The notes under the pieces: model-generated
What the model was told of the DNA's origin: nothing
The model's database searches: none
Seen by the model: only the letters and a program-made list of their open reading frames with translations
Origin: an uncultured virus (IMG/VR IMGVR_UViG_3300030372_005500)
Lineage: Duplodnaviria > Heunggongvirae > Uroviricota > Caudoviricetes
Direction: 5' to 3' (one strand)
IMG/VR virus record: IMGVR_UViG_3300030372_005500
Length of the DNA: 64,000 bases
Translations under genes and position numbers: made by a program
Part shown: in pieces, positions 22,801-32,690 of the stretch
Layout: the number at the start of each line of letters is the position of its first letter
How positions within the stretch are numbered: position 1 is the stretch's first letter

Positions 22801-25800
22801 TCTTTCACTTCAGAATTAGCAATAACTGGTATCGCAATAATGGATGATAATTCATATGCATTTGCAAGTAGTGCAGATCACTATCTTTATGGTTTTGACC
22901 TTCACCCTGTAATAGACTCTGAACCTGATTGGTCTGTATTTTTAGATTCTGCTGCAACAGCACTTGCATTTGATGGCACTACACTTTCAGTAGGAACTGA
23001 GAAAGGAGATGTAATAGCTTTCAACACAGCAGGAGTTGAACAGTGGAGAGAAAATATAGGCGGACCTATTGATTTCATTGAATCCTCAAACGGAAGAATT
23101 CTTGCAGATAGTGTCGAAGTATATGATGATGAAGACATTGGTTTACAACTATGGAGTGAAGATGACCTTGGAATACAAGACGACAGTGATACCAGTATGT
23201 ATTACAAATTAGGAGTTCCAGACCTTCTTTATCAATTTGATAGTGCAAGTACATTTAATGTAAATGACCCTATAACAGATAGCAGTGTAAATGGATTTGA
23301 TGGAACTGTAAAGGATTGGTTTACAAGTGGTCACTCACACAAATCTGATGGAGTGCTTGGTAGTGGATTTTATAGTGAGAGTAGGCAGGTAGAAATACTT
23401 GAGAGTCCTACTTTTGCAGATGATTATACACTTTCATTATGGATTAAACCAGAAATAGATGATGGAACTCAAAGAGGAATGATACAGAAAGTAAATTTCT
23501 GGTCATTAGGATGGACTTTAATATTACAAGATTGTAAAGTTAAAGCAGGTTTTGGTTCTTCAACTGGCTCTGATTATTGGAGTCTTCAGTCAGAAGAGTT
23601 ATGTAATGCATGGCATCATGTTGTAATGACACTCGATAAAAGCGAAACAGAAGTTAAATTATATGTCGATGGTGAATTAGTAGATACTTTCAATAGTGCT
23701 TTATTTGCAGGAGATATTGAACCTACAAATGACATGAGCCTTGGATATTATTCTGGTGGAACTAATTACATAGGATATTATGATGAGGTTGCAGTTTGGG
23801 ATGGAAAACACAGCAGTGAAACAGAAATAAGACAATTGTTTGAAGATACTAAAGGCAGAGTATATGACGTCGAGGATGACCTTATAGGATACTGGCCATT
23901 AGATAATGATGCTGATGATTACAGTGGTAATGGATATGACGGAGTTATAACTACTGCAACACCAAGCGAAGGACATGTAGGAGGAGCTTATTATTTTAGT
24001 GGCTCAGACGAAATTACAATATCAGATAACTTAGATGAAATAACTACAAGCGATGAATTTACAGTAGCAGCTTGGTTTAATGCAGATTCTTCAGGTTCAG
24101 GTTATAGGTGGATAGTTGCAAGAGGAACTGCATGGGGTGCAGGTAATTTAGGTATTTATTTACACACAGATGGAACTATTCAAGCTTCAGCCTATGATGT
24201 AAGCGGTGCACAGACTATATCTTCATCCACAAATGGTTGGGATGATGATAACTGGCATCACGTTGTTTATAGTTATGACGGAGAAAGAGCTAAGTTACAT
24301 GTTGATGGTAAATTAAATGCCTGGGGAGATTCTTCAGGAGATGACCTCTTATCACATAGTACTGCAGAAATTAAAATTGGAGATAGGAGTGGAGCTAACT
24401 TTGAAGGAACTATTGACGAAGTTGCTATCTGGGACAGAGCTATAGGTAATGATGAAGCTAAACAACTATTCTATAATAGCCAAGGTCAGTTCCAATCAAG
24501 CTTGTTAGCATTTTATCCATTTGTTGACTTAGATGACTATAGTGGAAATGGCCATGATTTAGAGCCACTTGCAGGAGGTGCCACTATTGATCTCGGACTA
24601 ATCTTTGAAGGTGTAGTTTTTGATGGAGTCAATGATTATGCAGAGATTACGGATACAAGTGAGGATTTTGGTGGACACGGTGGAATGACATGGAATTTCT
24701 GGGTTCAACCAACAGGTTCTGGCACATCTGGTAAAGTTATTATAGATAAGTTAGGTGTATTTAGATTTTATATAAATCCGACTGGTACCTTTTATGGATA
24801 TATCTATCTGGAAACTGCAGGAGAGAATGCAGGATATGGTAATTGCGCACCATCTTCTCCTTTCCAATTCGATTCATGGCAGATGTTGACTGTAACTTAT
24901 GATTCTTCTGATACTTCTTTAAGATATTATTATGATGGAGTTGAATTCCATACATGTGACTTAAGCACTGGAACAGGTACAGCAGCACAAGGAGAGCTTA
25001 TTATGAATAATAATAATCCAGTATGTATAGCTTCACAAGAATGTGGTGGGTCAGCAGCTAATTTTTATGAGGGTAAAGCAGATGAGATTGGAGTCTGGTC
25101 AAGGGCATTATCTGTTGAAGAGATAGGAGAATTATACAACGTAAGGTCTTACGATAAAGATAAAGCAAATACATTTATATTTACAACAGATGGAGAAGTA
25201 ATAGGTGAACCAGGAGGAATATATACATATTCAGATGCAGATATCGCAGAAGACGGTACTATTGCATTTGTAGATGATACTCCAGGATATTGTAGTAATT
25301 CCCCATCTGTGTATACTACAAAGGCAACTTGTAAAGCTGTTGGATATTTTTGGTATGATGGTCCCGAAATGCAAGTATGGGCTAACACATTGAATAGTGC
25401 AGCATCTTTTAGTTGGCCACACGATTCTACAAATGAGAATAAGAATATACAAGTATCAGACGGTGGTGGTAATGGCCCTGTAGCAATAAGTACAGGCGAT
25501 TTCACAGTTTGTGGATGGGTTAAAGCAGACGATGCAGACGAAAGGAACGGTATCATAAGTGATGGTTACTATGTTTATGGATCTAATGACGGTTGGGGTC
25601 TTGGTATGAAGGGAGGTGCCTGGAGATGGAATGTTAATAATGCAGCAACAGGATTAAGTGCACTTGGAAGTTCAACTTCAACAACGACTGATTGGACGCA
25701 TTTATGTGGTATAAGGGATGATGAAGGCCGTAAGTTATTCGTAAATGGTGTATTAGATGCAAGTGATGCAAATGCAATAGGACTTGATGCAAGTAATACT

Positions 25801-28278
25801 AACGATTTAAACTTCGGTGTCAGAAGCAGTGTACCTTCTCAGAGTCCAAGAGGTCCATTTAATGGGGCAATAAGTGATGTTAGAATTTATACATCAGCAC
25901 TTTCATCTGAAGAAATACTAACATTATCAGAAACAAATCCAGTTATTACAGGAATGTATGCTTCAATACCATCAACAGAAGCAGGTTGGTGGAAATTAGA
26001 CGAAGACTTTTCCAGTGGAGTCACTGCAGCAGATTCAAGTGGAAACGGTAATACAGGAACAAACAATGGTGCCGAGACATATTACGAGAATATGCCAGCA
26101 CGTTATGGAGTGTTCGATGGCGTTGAAGGAACACAAGTATTAACAGAGGAAAGACAAATATATGGTAATGATGACCTTCAGACAGCCACAGCATCTCTCT
26201 GGATGTATGTTGCAAATGAAGCGCCATCTCTTGAAACTGCAATAGCATACGGGCGTGCTTGGGGTACATCTGAAAGTTTGACAGGTGGATTTATGATGGG
26301 TGCTCACTCAAGTTCTTACATTTACAATCTACACTCAACAGATGGGTCAGGTTCATTCAATAGAGATTCATGTAATCATGCACCAAGTGGTTCATATTCT
26401 TCTTCAGATAATTATGGTGAATGGGTTCATCTTACAATGAAATTTGATTCAACAATGGGAGTTACAGATTCATTAGAGTCTTATCTTAATGGACATAAGG
26501 TATATACTTGTTCATCAACTTATAGCTACGTTAATACTCCAAGTAATTCATATTACGAGAAATTAAGTATAGGAGCCGTCGAATGGGGAGGTCAAGCTTT
26601 TGAAGGATTTATAGCTGATGTAAGAATATTTAATACTGCATTAAGTCAAGAAGACATAACTTCTCTTGCTTCAATTAACCCTGCAACAACAGGAAAATAT
26701 GCTGACACATTTGCAACTCCTGTTTCTTGGTATAAATTAAATGGAAATGCTGAGGATAGTACAGATAATGAGTTAACGGCAAATGAAAATGGAGGTTTAC
26801 TATACAACAGTCCAGACTCAGACTATATTTTCACTGACAAGGGAAGCTACTATACAGGAGGTGTACAAGATGTTGCTTTTGGTAATTCAGGAAGCACATT
26901 AGTTGCAGTAGATGACAGATACGGGTGGCCTATGGAATCAGGCAGAGTAACTTATTGGGATTCACTTGGTAATGGTTGGCAGACAACAGATAGTGATGAA
27001 AGCTTTCACATTTATGAATCAGGATTAGTAACAACAGTAATGGAAGATAATAGAAATCTTGTATGGGGTACAAGTAATAGTAATACACATTTTAAGACAC
27101 CAGGATTACATCCAACTTCTGCAAACGTAATTGCATTTTGGCAGTTACAAGCTGGAACAGGGAGACCAGTTTACACCAAAGTAGTTCCACAGATTGTGAA
27201 TAATGGAACTTGGTGGGCTGGAGCAATGGCAGTATCTGTAGAGGGAGATCTATGGGTAGAGTCAAAATACGATGGCGATGGGGGGCAGCAATACTTTGCA
27301 TTATACAAGTATGATAAGTTGGGTAATTTAGAAACAACTTTAACACAGGAGACATATCATTTCATGAAGAAACAGATATTTAATCCAGATTCACGGTCCT
27401 CAATTGACATAGCAACAAATGGAAGCGTACTTCTTTCAATAGATAACAACTTCATTTTCATATCAGAAGATACTCCCAACTTGCTAACGATTGAGGGCAA
27501 TGATTTTTCAGGCCCAGGACAAGTCAAATTCTTAGGAGATACTGGATTAGTCGCTTTATCTGGCGCTAAAGGTAGTGCAAATGAATATGCAGTCTATAAT
27601 TTACACACTAACTCTGTTGTTTGGCAATTTAATTCAGATGTAACTGCATTCCAGATAGATGCAAGTGACAATGGAGATTACATAATATTTACAAATGGAA
27701 CACAGATGCTTTTCAAAGCTCCAACAAATAATACATTATTTACTAAAGCAATAGCTGGAGTTAAAGCAGCATCAGTAGCAAACAATGGAGTAGTAGCCGT
27801 TGCTTCATCTACAGAAGGCTGGTTCATATATGATAAAACGGGAGATTTACTTCTCTCAGGCGGCTCTGGACAGAGAGTATATGATATTGATTTAGACCAT
27901 GCAGGTAACTGGTTTGCAGTAAGTGGTTATGATATCGACAAAGGAAGTGCATGGATGGAAGTGTGGGCTTTAGAAGAAGATAGACCATTTTATGAAAAAT
28001 ATGACAGAGCCTTTAGAACAGAAAAATCATCAGATACTGGAGACATAAGATCATACAGAGTTATGATGGGTGAAGGGTCTATCCAAGTATTATGGGGTTG
28101 GGCAGGACCAGGTGGCTCAGGAGCTGAACTATATACATTTGAGTATGGAATTACTCTTATGGAAATATTAGAAGCCAATATTAATTTAGCATTTAGTACT
28201 ATAATTCTTATTGCAATAATAATTGCAATGATAGGATTTTTAAGAAAAATGATAAAAGGAAGTGGTATAGTTGGGTAG
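19834..28278 (+). CDS. 2814 aa secreted, C-terminally anchored protein with beta-propeller repeats and about 7 LamG domains
   Basis: Signal peptide MNKSVAFFIGFIFVMLPVASA; ISDDG-type propeller repeats; LamG motifs; C-terminal TM helix. Confidence 0.85.
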   Translation: MNKSVAFFIGFIFVMLPVASAGIIYDEETREVSEIAGKWLNTWGAQPDTNWTADAVQLDDQNLYFGDSEVGIDYSKHMTISDDGAYGAINYAQSGPGSELNTYFVNTDDGAGQYYGKSALAMSDDGNYIIYGDEENAGSQGSIFFFGLEEGPIWSFKLPYADNEVDDIAISDDGEYAAVATAGTGANRLIFQRENNTLIHNSSMDEAWLTAISGNGKYAAFTGENIDGDDAIYVHDIENNVMAWEAALDDRPYEVKISGDGEIVIVGLDSGSHDELQVFDSEDGTLLWSANAADDVRGIDVTYDHSKIVFGDWDGYTYLYNGITGTEIWSHIGDGQRIRCEPQISNDGEWLANLRSEPDSLMVWNSASSTPVLYNNLDELPSGSGLELDMSDDGHYIALFDSEEHFHIFYDGNDGWQQSDSIPIWSKHSSGSDAEIVISSGGTFAFTEEDEQTLSYGKIPIFTNSYNHDEPIYDEMWADDDHATDLADYEAIGDLEGLYLFEEGAGTSTKDYSGNGNDGVLNPTGEPVWKSGKMGGGIGFDGVDDYVQIGDEFDDLTEISFGGWAKVDATTGVTQTMFSKYYSKFRIGMTGSNYYFCELNGGAATWRYGPNAVGTEGEWHHHVCVYNKIDGSLKYYYDGIDASGSYSGDNIGWDPSGGAQVNIGAHAGSSWHWNGDLDEIFLYSNDLSASDVAALYAISHDRMESGLVGHWRMEEGTGSTVEDLSGNGNEGTITGATWDTGYFGNGLDFDGSTNKVEVSSFTNAPNTAVTVSYWINLESHTGTFGAINMGGAGDHRLYTDGRINSRIWTDAGVDEAEPNPGEWLTKNQWHHIAFTWAAGGNHNTYLNGVQVGSDASIGTVIDPAFDSFEIFPEAGGDGNGKIDEVQVWLRDLTAAEITDLYNLHYHGSPSGIDSAQLGRYVVSRTNSGEGGGGLTLFDTHSGTLATPKWTADVGPGDLVGISDNAAPIIISGSTNGEVKLHDLAGTERMSFTSELAITGIAIMDDNSYAFASSADHYLYGFDLHPVIDSEPDWSVFLDSAATALAFDGTTLSVGTEKGDVIAFNTAGVEQWRENIGGPIDFIESSNGRILADSVEVYDDEDIGLQLWSEDDLGIQDDSDTSMYYKLGVPDLLYQFDSASTFNVNDPITDSSVNGFDGTVKDWFTSGHSHKSDGVLGSGFYSESRQVEILESPTFADDYTLSLWIKPEIDDGTQRGMIQKVNFWSLGWTLILQDCKVKAGFGSSTGSDYWSLQSEELCNAWHHVVMTLDKSETEVKLYVDGELVDTFNSALFAGDIEPTNDMSLGYYSGGTNYIGYYDEVAVWDGKHSSETEIRQLFEDTKGRVYDVEDDLIGYWPLDNDADDYSGNGYDGVITTATPSEGHVGGAYYFSGSDEITISDNLDEITTSDEFTVAAWFNADSSGSGYRWIVARGTAWGAGNLGIYLHTDGTIQASAYDVSGAQTISSSTNGWDDDNWHHVVYSYDGERAKLHVDGKLNAWGDSSGDDLLSHSTAEIKIGDRSGANFEGTIDEVAIWDRAIGNDEAKQLFYNSQGQFQSSLLAFYPFVDLDDYSGNGHDLEPLAGGATIDLGLIFEGVVFDGVNDYAEITDTSEDFGGHGGMTWNFWVQPTGSGTSGKVIIDKLGVFRFYINPTGTFYGYIYLETAGENAGYGNCAPSSPFQFDSWQMLTVTYDSSDTSLRYYYDGVEFHTCDLSTGTGTAAQGELIMNNNNPVCIASQECGGSAANFYEGKADEIGVWSRALSVEEIGELYNVRSYDKDKANTFIFTTDGEVIGEPGGIYTYSDADIAEDGTIAFVDDTPGYCSNSPSVYTTKATCKAVGYFWYDGPEMQVWANTLNSAASFSWPHDSTNENKNIQVSDGGGNGPVAISTGDFTVCGWVKADDADERNGIISDGYYVYGSNDGWGLGMKGGAWRWNVNNAATGLSALGSSTSTTTDWTHLCGIRDDEGRKLFVNGVLDASDANAIGLDASNTNDLNFGVRSSVPSQSPRGPFNGAISDVRIYTSALSSEEILTLSETNPVITGMYASIPSTEAGWWKLDEDFSSGVTAADSSGNGNTGTNNGAETYYENMPARYGVFDGVEGTQVLTEERQIYGNDDLQTATASLWMYVANEAPSLETAIAYGRAWGTSESLTGGFMMGAHSSSYIYNLHSTDGSGSFNRDSCNHAPSGSYSSSDNYGEWVHLTMKFDSTMGVTDSLESYLNGHKVYTCSSTYSYVNTPSNSYYEKLSIGAVEWGGQAFEGFIADVRIFNTALSQEDITSLASINPATTGKYADTFATPVSWYKLNGNAEDSTDNELTANENGGLLYNSPDSDYIFTDKGSYYTGGVQDVAFGNSGSTLVAVDDRYGWPMESGRVTYWDSLGNGWQTTDSDESFHIYESGLVTTVMEDNRNLVWGTSNSNTHFKTPGLHPTSANVIAFWQLQAGTGRPVYTKVVPQIVNNGTWWAGAMAVSVEGDLWVESKYDGDGGQQYFALYKYDKLGNLETTLTQETYHFMKKQIFNPDSRSSIDIATNGSVLLSIDNNFIFISEDTPNLLTIEGNDFSGPGQVKFLGDTGLVALSGAKGSANEYAVYNLHTNSVVWQFNSDVTAFQIDASDNGDYIIFTNGTQMLFKAPTNNTLFTKAIAGVKAASVANNGVVAVASSTEGWFIYDKTGDLLLSGGSGQRVYDIDLDHAGNWFAVSGYDIDKGSAWMEVWALEEDRPFYEKYDRAFRTEKSSDTGDIRSYRVMMGEGSIQVLWGWAGPGGSGAELYTFEYGITLMEILEANINLAFSTIILIAIIIAMIGFLRKMIKGSGIVG

Positions 28279-29002
28279 ATTTTTTAATAGAAAGCCAGCC
28301 TCATATGCACCGTTTAAGGGTAAAAAAGTAACGGTAAGTACGAGTAAGAATGGGTTCACTGTGAAGGGACCAGTACCTACAGAATATGTTGTAGCAGCAA
28401 AAGGAAATACAAATCCTACTTACTGGAATAAAGTAATAGCTAAATGGGAAGCTAAACCTTTGTATCAAAGGAAGAACGATGCTAATCTCTATAAGCTGAT
28501 TGAGAAAGAAAATGCAGCTTATGATAAACGCAATGCAGGGCAGTTCGCAGAAAGACGCCCAATTCAAAAGACAGTAATTAAAGAGGCAAAGTCGCCACGA
28601 GCCTCTAAATTACCTGACACCAAGGCGGAGGCTCCTACTGCAAAACGGGAGCCAGTGAGGCCTATGGTTTCACAAAAGCCTTTCCAAGTTCCTGTTGGAG
28701 TTAGATTTAATACAAAAACGGGAGGAACAGAGGTAGAAGATAGATTTGTTCCTTTCAGTAAAGAAACTGGTAAAATGTTACAAACAAGAGATATTTCTGG
28801 AAAGAAGTATGCAGAGAGTCCAAATAAGGTTGCAAGTGATTTAGGAATAACAGGAAACCAAAAGAAAAGATTCATCAAAGTTCTTACAGGCAGAATGAAG
28901 TTCCAGGACTTACAGGCAGGAGAATATTCAAAATACGATAGATTTAGGAATAGAGTCAGAGCTGGTGGAGCAAGGCTACAACAAGGAGAAGGTAGCTTTT
29001 AA
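28271..29002 (+). CDS. Basic hypothetical protein
   Basis: 243 aa, TTG start overlapping the upstream gene. Confidence 0.65.
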   Translation: MGRFFNRKPASYAPFKGKKVTVSTSKNGFTVKGPVPTEYVVAAKGNTNPTYWNKVIAKWEAKPLYQRKNDANLYKLIEKENAAYDKRNAGQFAERRPIQKTVIKEAKSPRASKLPDTKAEAPTAKREPVRPMVSQKPFQVPVGVRFNTKTGGTEVEDRFVPFSKETGKMLQTRDISGKKYAESPNKVASDLGITGNQKKRFIKVLTGRMKFQDLQAGEYSKYDRFRNRVRAGGARLQQGEGSF

Positions 29003-30882
29003 TGGTTAAAAGGTATCGCTCCAGGACACGCAGAGGAACTGCAGGATTCGCAGGACAATCTGATTATGAAGTAGATACTAAAGAACCAAGAAGATTTGAA
29101 CAATTTCTATCATCCTCTTTTAGGCCAGACTATAGATTAAAAGATAGTGGACAACTACCTACAGTACAACAAAGTAAAATGGCTTCAAGATTCTTTAGCC
29201 AAGAAAGAGTCCAAAAAGATTATGCAACAAGATACGTTAATCAATCATATAATGAAAAGTTAGAATGGAAAGAAAAGGGAGTAGATCCCGTTACATTGAA
29301 TATGCCTTCAGAAGTATATCCATACGGTGGTGGCCTTTCACCACACAGGCAAATGACAAAACAAGAGTTAGTTGTAAATTACTTGGGTTCAAGGGCAGTT
29401 GCCCAGTCAATAATGCAATATAAGATAGAAAATGGACAGGCAAATATAGCTCCACAAGATGCTCAGTTATCAAGGAACAGATTAATACGTGGAGATTATG
29501 ATTCAGAGTTTGATGAAACAATTCCAGTAGTACCTTATCCAGTAGTTTCACAATATAAAGGAGAAGAGACTTTTAGAGTAGGCACAGTAGAAGAAGCTGC
29601 ACTTAGGGAAAGAAGATGGTGGAATTCACAAGAAGGTCTACAAGGAATACCAATTAGAAAAGACCAAAAAGAACTTACAGATGAACAAGTAAATGGAGTC
29701 TGGCAAACTGTAGCTCCTGAGATATATAGAAGAATAGGTGGCCCTTTACTTAAACAAGAAATAGGTAGAGAAAGGCCAGTACCATCTATAAGAGGCTCAG
29801 AACCATTAATAAGAAAATCAGACGGCACATTTGAACCAGCCGTACATGGGTTTGATTTTGATGGAACTATTAACTCAGCAAGAAATCAAGAATTAACAGA
29901 AAGAATAGAAAATGATTTAGAAGTAGCAGATAATAATGGTGAAGAAGATAGAGCGTTCTATCTTCAAGATTCACTTAGTAGAGTAGTAGATGAGAGAGTA
30001 ATTAAGCCAAGATGGGCTATGCTTGCCACAAGACAGTCAGACCCAAATAACCCTGAAAAAATGGAAACTTTTGAGGATGTAAAAAGAGCACCTTCTATTT
30101 CACAAGATAATTTAGAATTCTGGGGTATGCCTGTAGAATACAGAGATCAAGTAGATGTCGAAGAAAGACAAGATGGCATGGTAAATTGGCATAATCAACA
30201 ACAGTATAGAGCATTACATGCTGGAGCTTGGGAAACCAATTATCTTAATCCTGAATTTGAGCCAGGTATGTTTGCATCACCACGAGATATAGAATACAGA
30301 ACGCTTGGCGTAACTGGGAAATATAACTTTGAAGCATCAAGAATTCAATCGGGTTTAGAAAATAGAGACGTAGACCCAGGAGAAATCGAAAGGAAATACA
30401 TTTTCGGTACTGTAAATCCAGTAGAAACAAGGCCAAAAGGAGAAGAAGGCCAGAGATTTGACAGAGATGTAGTAGATAAAACATTAAACACAGCTAATTC
30501 ACCAGAATATCGAAACGCATTAGTAAGATGGAGAAAGGACGGCATTTCTAAACAAAGAGATTATGATGGTAAAGAGAACACTTCCGCTTTATTATATCTC
30601 TCACCAAATGATAACAAATTAAGATTAGAGGAAGAGTTTGCATCAGATCCACAAAATACTTCAACTTGGAAGACATCAAGGCACCAGTTTGCAAAGAACG
30701 TAGGTGCTACAGAAGACCAGCAACAAGAGAATTTAGTAGCAGTTCAGCCACTTAGGGAAGGTTTGATAGAAGGCCCAGATGCAACATCAGTTGAAAAATC
30801 AATAAGAGAAGACAGCCGAATATGGGGCGAGTATGCAAGAGTTAGAGGAGAAGAACAAGGTGGTTTCAAGATACGGGAATAG
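29002..30882 (+). CDS. Hypothetical protein (626 aa)
   Basis: Long ORF, TAATG coupling. Confidence 0.8.
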   Translation: MVKRYRSRTRRGTAGFAGQSDYEVDTKEPRRFEQFLSSSFRPDYRLKDSGQLPTVQQSKMASRFFSQERVQKDYATRYVNQSYNEKLEWKEKGVDPVTLNMPSEVYPYGGGLSPHRQMTKQELVVNYLGSRAVAQSIMQYKIENGQANIAPQDAQLSRNRLIRGDYDSEFDETIPVVPYPVVSQYKGEETFRVGTVEEAALRERRWWNSQEGLQGIPIRKDQKELTDEQVNGVWQTVAPEIYRRIGGPLLKQEIGRERPVPSIRGSEPLIRKSDGTFEPAVHGFDFDGTINSARNQELTERIENDLEVADNNGEEDRAFYLQDSLSRVVDERVIKPRWAMLATRQSDPNNPEKMETFEDVKRAPSISQDNLEFWGMPVEYRDQVDVEERQDGMVNWHNQQQYRALHAGAWETNYLNPEFEPGMFASPRDIEYRTLGVTGKYNFEASRIQSGLENRDVDPGEIERKYIFGTVNPVETRPKGEEGQRFDRDVVDKTLNTANSPEYRNALVRWRKDGISKQRDYDGKENTSALLYLSPNDNKLRLEEEFASDPQNTSTWKTSRHQFAKNVGATEDQQQENLVAVQPLREGLIEGPDATSVEKSIREDSRIWGEYARVRGEEQGGFKIRE

Positions 30883-31672
30883 AATGAGAGCAAGAAGCAA
30901 ACCAATGATGACCCAATCCTATGCGGTCAAAGAGTCCTTAGACCCTATAGAAACACAGAAGCCTAAGATCACAGTAAAAACAATACAATGGTATGGATTC
31001 CCAGACATAATAAGAGCCAAATATCAAGGTAAGACATATGAATTTACAAGAGACGACATAGTACGTGAATACTTTAATGAGACAGGTAAGAACGTAAGTT
31101 ATAACCAAACTATTTCAAAATCAGAACAAGGAAAGTTATTTGTTGCTAAATTAAATAGAAGTGGTGATTTATCTGAATTTATACAGTTTGCTAATTACCC
31201 AGTAATAGGTGGAAATAGAATGACTACAGTAAGCCACAGAACATCTATGTTCTTTAAACAAGCTGAAGACCCTCGATGGAATAGGCAATATAGGATGACA
31301 GATAGTATGTATAATGAAAAGATAGGTGAAAGTATGGCTGAAGATGAGTTTACAGACAGGTTTAGTAACAAAACAGAAGAAGATTATCCATTAGGTGCAA
31401 AAGAAGCATATCAGGCAGGTATTGCTGATGCTTTAGATGTAGTTAAGAAAACCAAAGGCGGTAAGATAGACAAAAGAAATGCCTTATCAAAGGCAATAGA
31501 CCAGACGGGACCCGACTGGGCAAAAGTTGAAGGAATGCTGTTAGTAAATACAAGACTAAAGAAATTAGATGCCAGCTATTCCAGAGATATTCACAAAGAC
31601 CTTAAACGGTCTGTTGATGATGCTGTAGGAGGCGACAGTAAAGACGTCTCAGAATTCGTGGTGGAAAGATGA
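30833..31672 (+). CDS. Hypothetical protein (start uncertain)
   Basis: 279 aa ORF in the operon. Confidence 0.7.
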   Translation: MQELEEKNKVVSRYGNRMRARSKPMMTQSYAVKESLDPIETQKPKITVKTIQWYGFPDIIRAKYQGKTYEFTRDDIVREYFNETGKNVSYNQTISKSEQGKLFVAKLNRSGDLSEFIQFANYPVIGGNRMTTVSHRTSMFFKQAEDPRWNRQYRMTDSMYNEKIGESMAEDEFTDRFSNKTEEDYPLGAKEAYQAGIADALDVVKKTKGGKIDKRNALSKAIDQTGPDWAKVEGMLLVNTRLKKLDASYSRDIHKDLKRSVDDAVGGDSKDVSEFVVER

Positions 31673-32073
31673 GTTTATTCGGAAAAAAAGAAGAAAGTCG
31701 TAAAAGCAAGAACAATCCAGTTCAGAAGGCTGCATTAGATGCAGAAGCTGCAAGATACAGGATGAAGAAGCAAGAATATGAAGCAAGGCAAGGAGATTAT
31801 GCATTTAAGGTACAAGCACAACAACAAGCAATGCAACCTCAACAACCTCGGCAACCAATGCAACCTCAGCCGATGCAACCAAGTAATCCTGCACCTCAAC
31901 CGATGCCAGATTCACAATTACAGAATTATGCTATGCCAAAACCACAAAGGAAAAAGAAAAAGCAATTAACTATAGGACAAGAGATGGCTAAGTTCGGAGA
32001 AAAGAATGGTGGCTGGACTAAAGGAATTACTTCAAAAGCAGACGAGAAGAGGTGGAAGAGAAAGTATGCCTAA
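31669..32073 (+). CDS. Hypothetical protein with Q/P-rich low-complexity linker
   Basis: 134 aa; QQQAMQPQQPRQPMQPQPMQP. Confidence 0.7.
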   Translation: MSLFGKKEESRKSKNNPVQKAALDAEAARYRMKKQEYEARQGDYAFKVQAQQQAMQPQQPRQPMQPQPMQPSNPAPQPMPDSQLQNYAMPKPQRKKKKQLTIGQEMAKFGEKNGGWTKGITSKADEKRWKRKYA

Positions 32074-32500
32074 GTTTAACAACCGTCGCAAAGTCATACG
32101 TAATGTCAAAAACTACCCATCTTATGATGCAGGTAGATCTGCAGTATGGCATGAAGCTTTCAAGGCAAAGAAACCAGTAGGTCACCTTAGAAAGAGAGAC
32201 GGTTCGTTAGTTAAAGTAAGAACACCCTTAACAAGAGAATGGAAACGTAAGAAAGGTAAATGGATAGTTAATGACCTTGTAGACAAATACAAGACACCTG
32301 AAAAGGCAAGAATGAATTATAGGAAAGATTTTGAGGATTACATAGCTCCGCAGTATAAAGAAAAAGGCTGGAGAAACTACGAATTAGATTGGCTTAAGAA
32401 CTGGATTGATGAAGAATTATACAGACGTTCACGTAAGTCAACCAACAGAGAAGAATTTAAAATGAAAGAAATCATGCAAGGTAAGAAGGTAGAACTATGA
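32066..32500 (+). CDS. Basic hypothetical protein
   Basis: Likely start ATG 32066 (MPKFNNRR). Confidence 0.65.
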   Translation: MPKFNNRRKVIRNVKNYPSYDAGRSAVWHEAFKAKKPVGHLRKRDGSLVKVRTPLTREWKRKKGKWIVNDLVDKYKTPEKARMNYRKDFEDYIAPQYKEKGWRNYELDWLKNWIDEELYRRSRKSTNREEFKMKEIMQGKKVEL

Positions 32501-32634
32501 GTCGGCCACTTAAAGCATCAAGTAAGTCGAGTTCATACAGCGCACGTTGGAGACCGCCAAGGCCCAAGAAGAAGAAAAACACAGGCCCATTAAGAATAAA
32601 GGGCTTTGCAAATTATAGGATGAAGAAGAAATAA
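32497..32634 (+). CDS. 45 aa highly basic peptide
   Basis: ATGA-coupled; MSRPLKASSK...NYRMKKK; fills the gap. Confidence 0.55.
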   Translation: MSRPLKASSKSSSYSARWRPPRPKKKKNTGPLRIKGFANYRMKKK

Positions 32635-32690
32635 TGTGCAAATACTGTGAAAGCGGACACGATTATTTGTGGGAGAATTGCGATGCCTAA
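32634..32690 (+). CDS. Cys/His micropeptide MCKYCESGHDYLWENCDA
   Basis: TAATG-coupled, CxxC..H..C pattern. Confidence 0.35.
   Translation: MCKYCESGHDYLWENCDA

Noticed and set aside
4108..28178. Numerous minus-strand ORFs of 60-160 aa within the giant genes
   Set aside because: Antisense shadows of long + strand CDSs with no recognisable motifs; the same applies to most other minus-strand ORFs outside 60818-62474.
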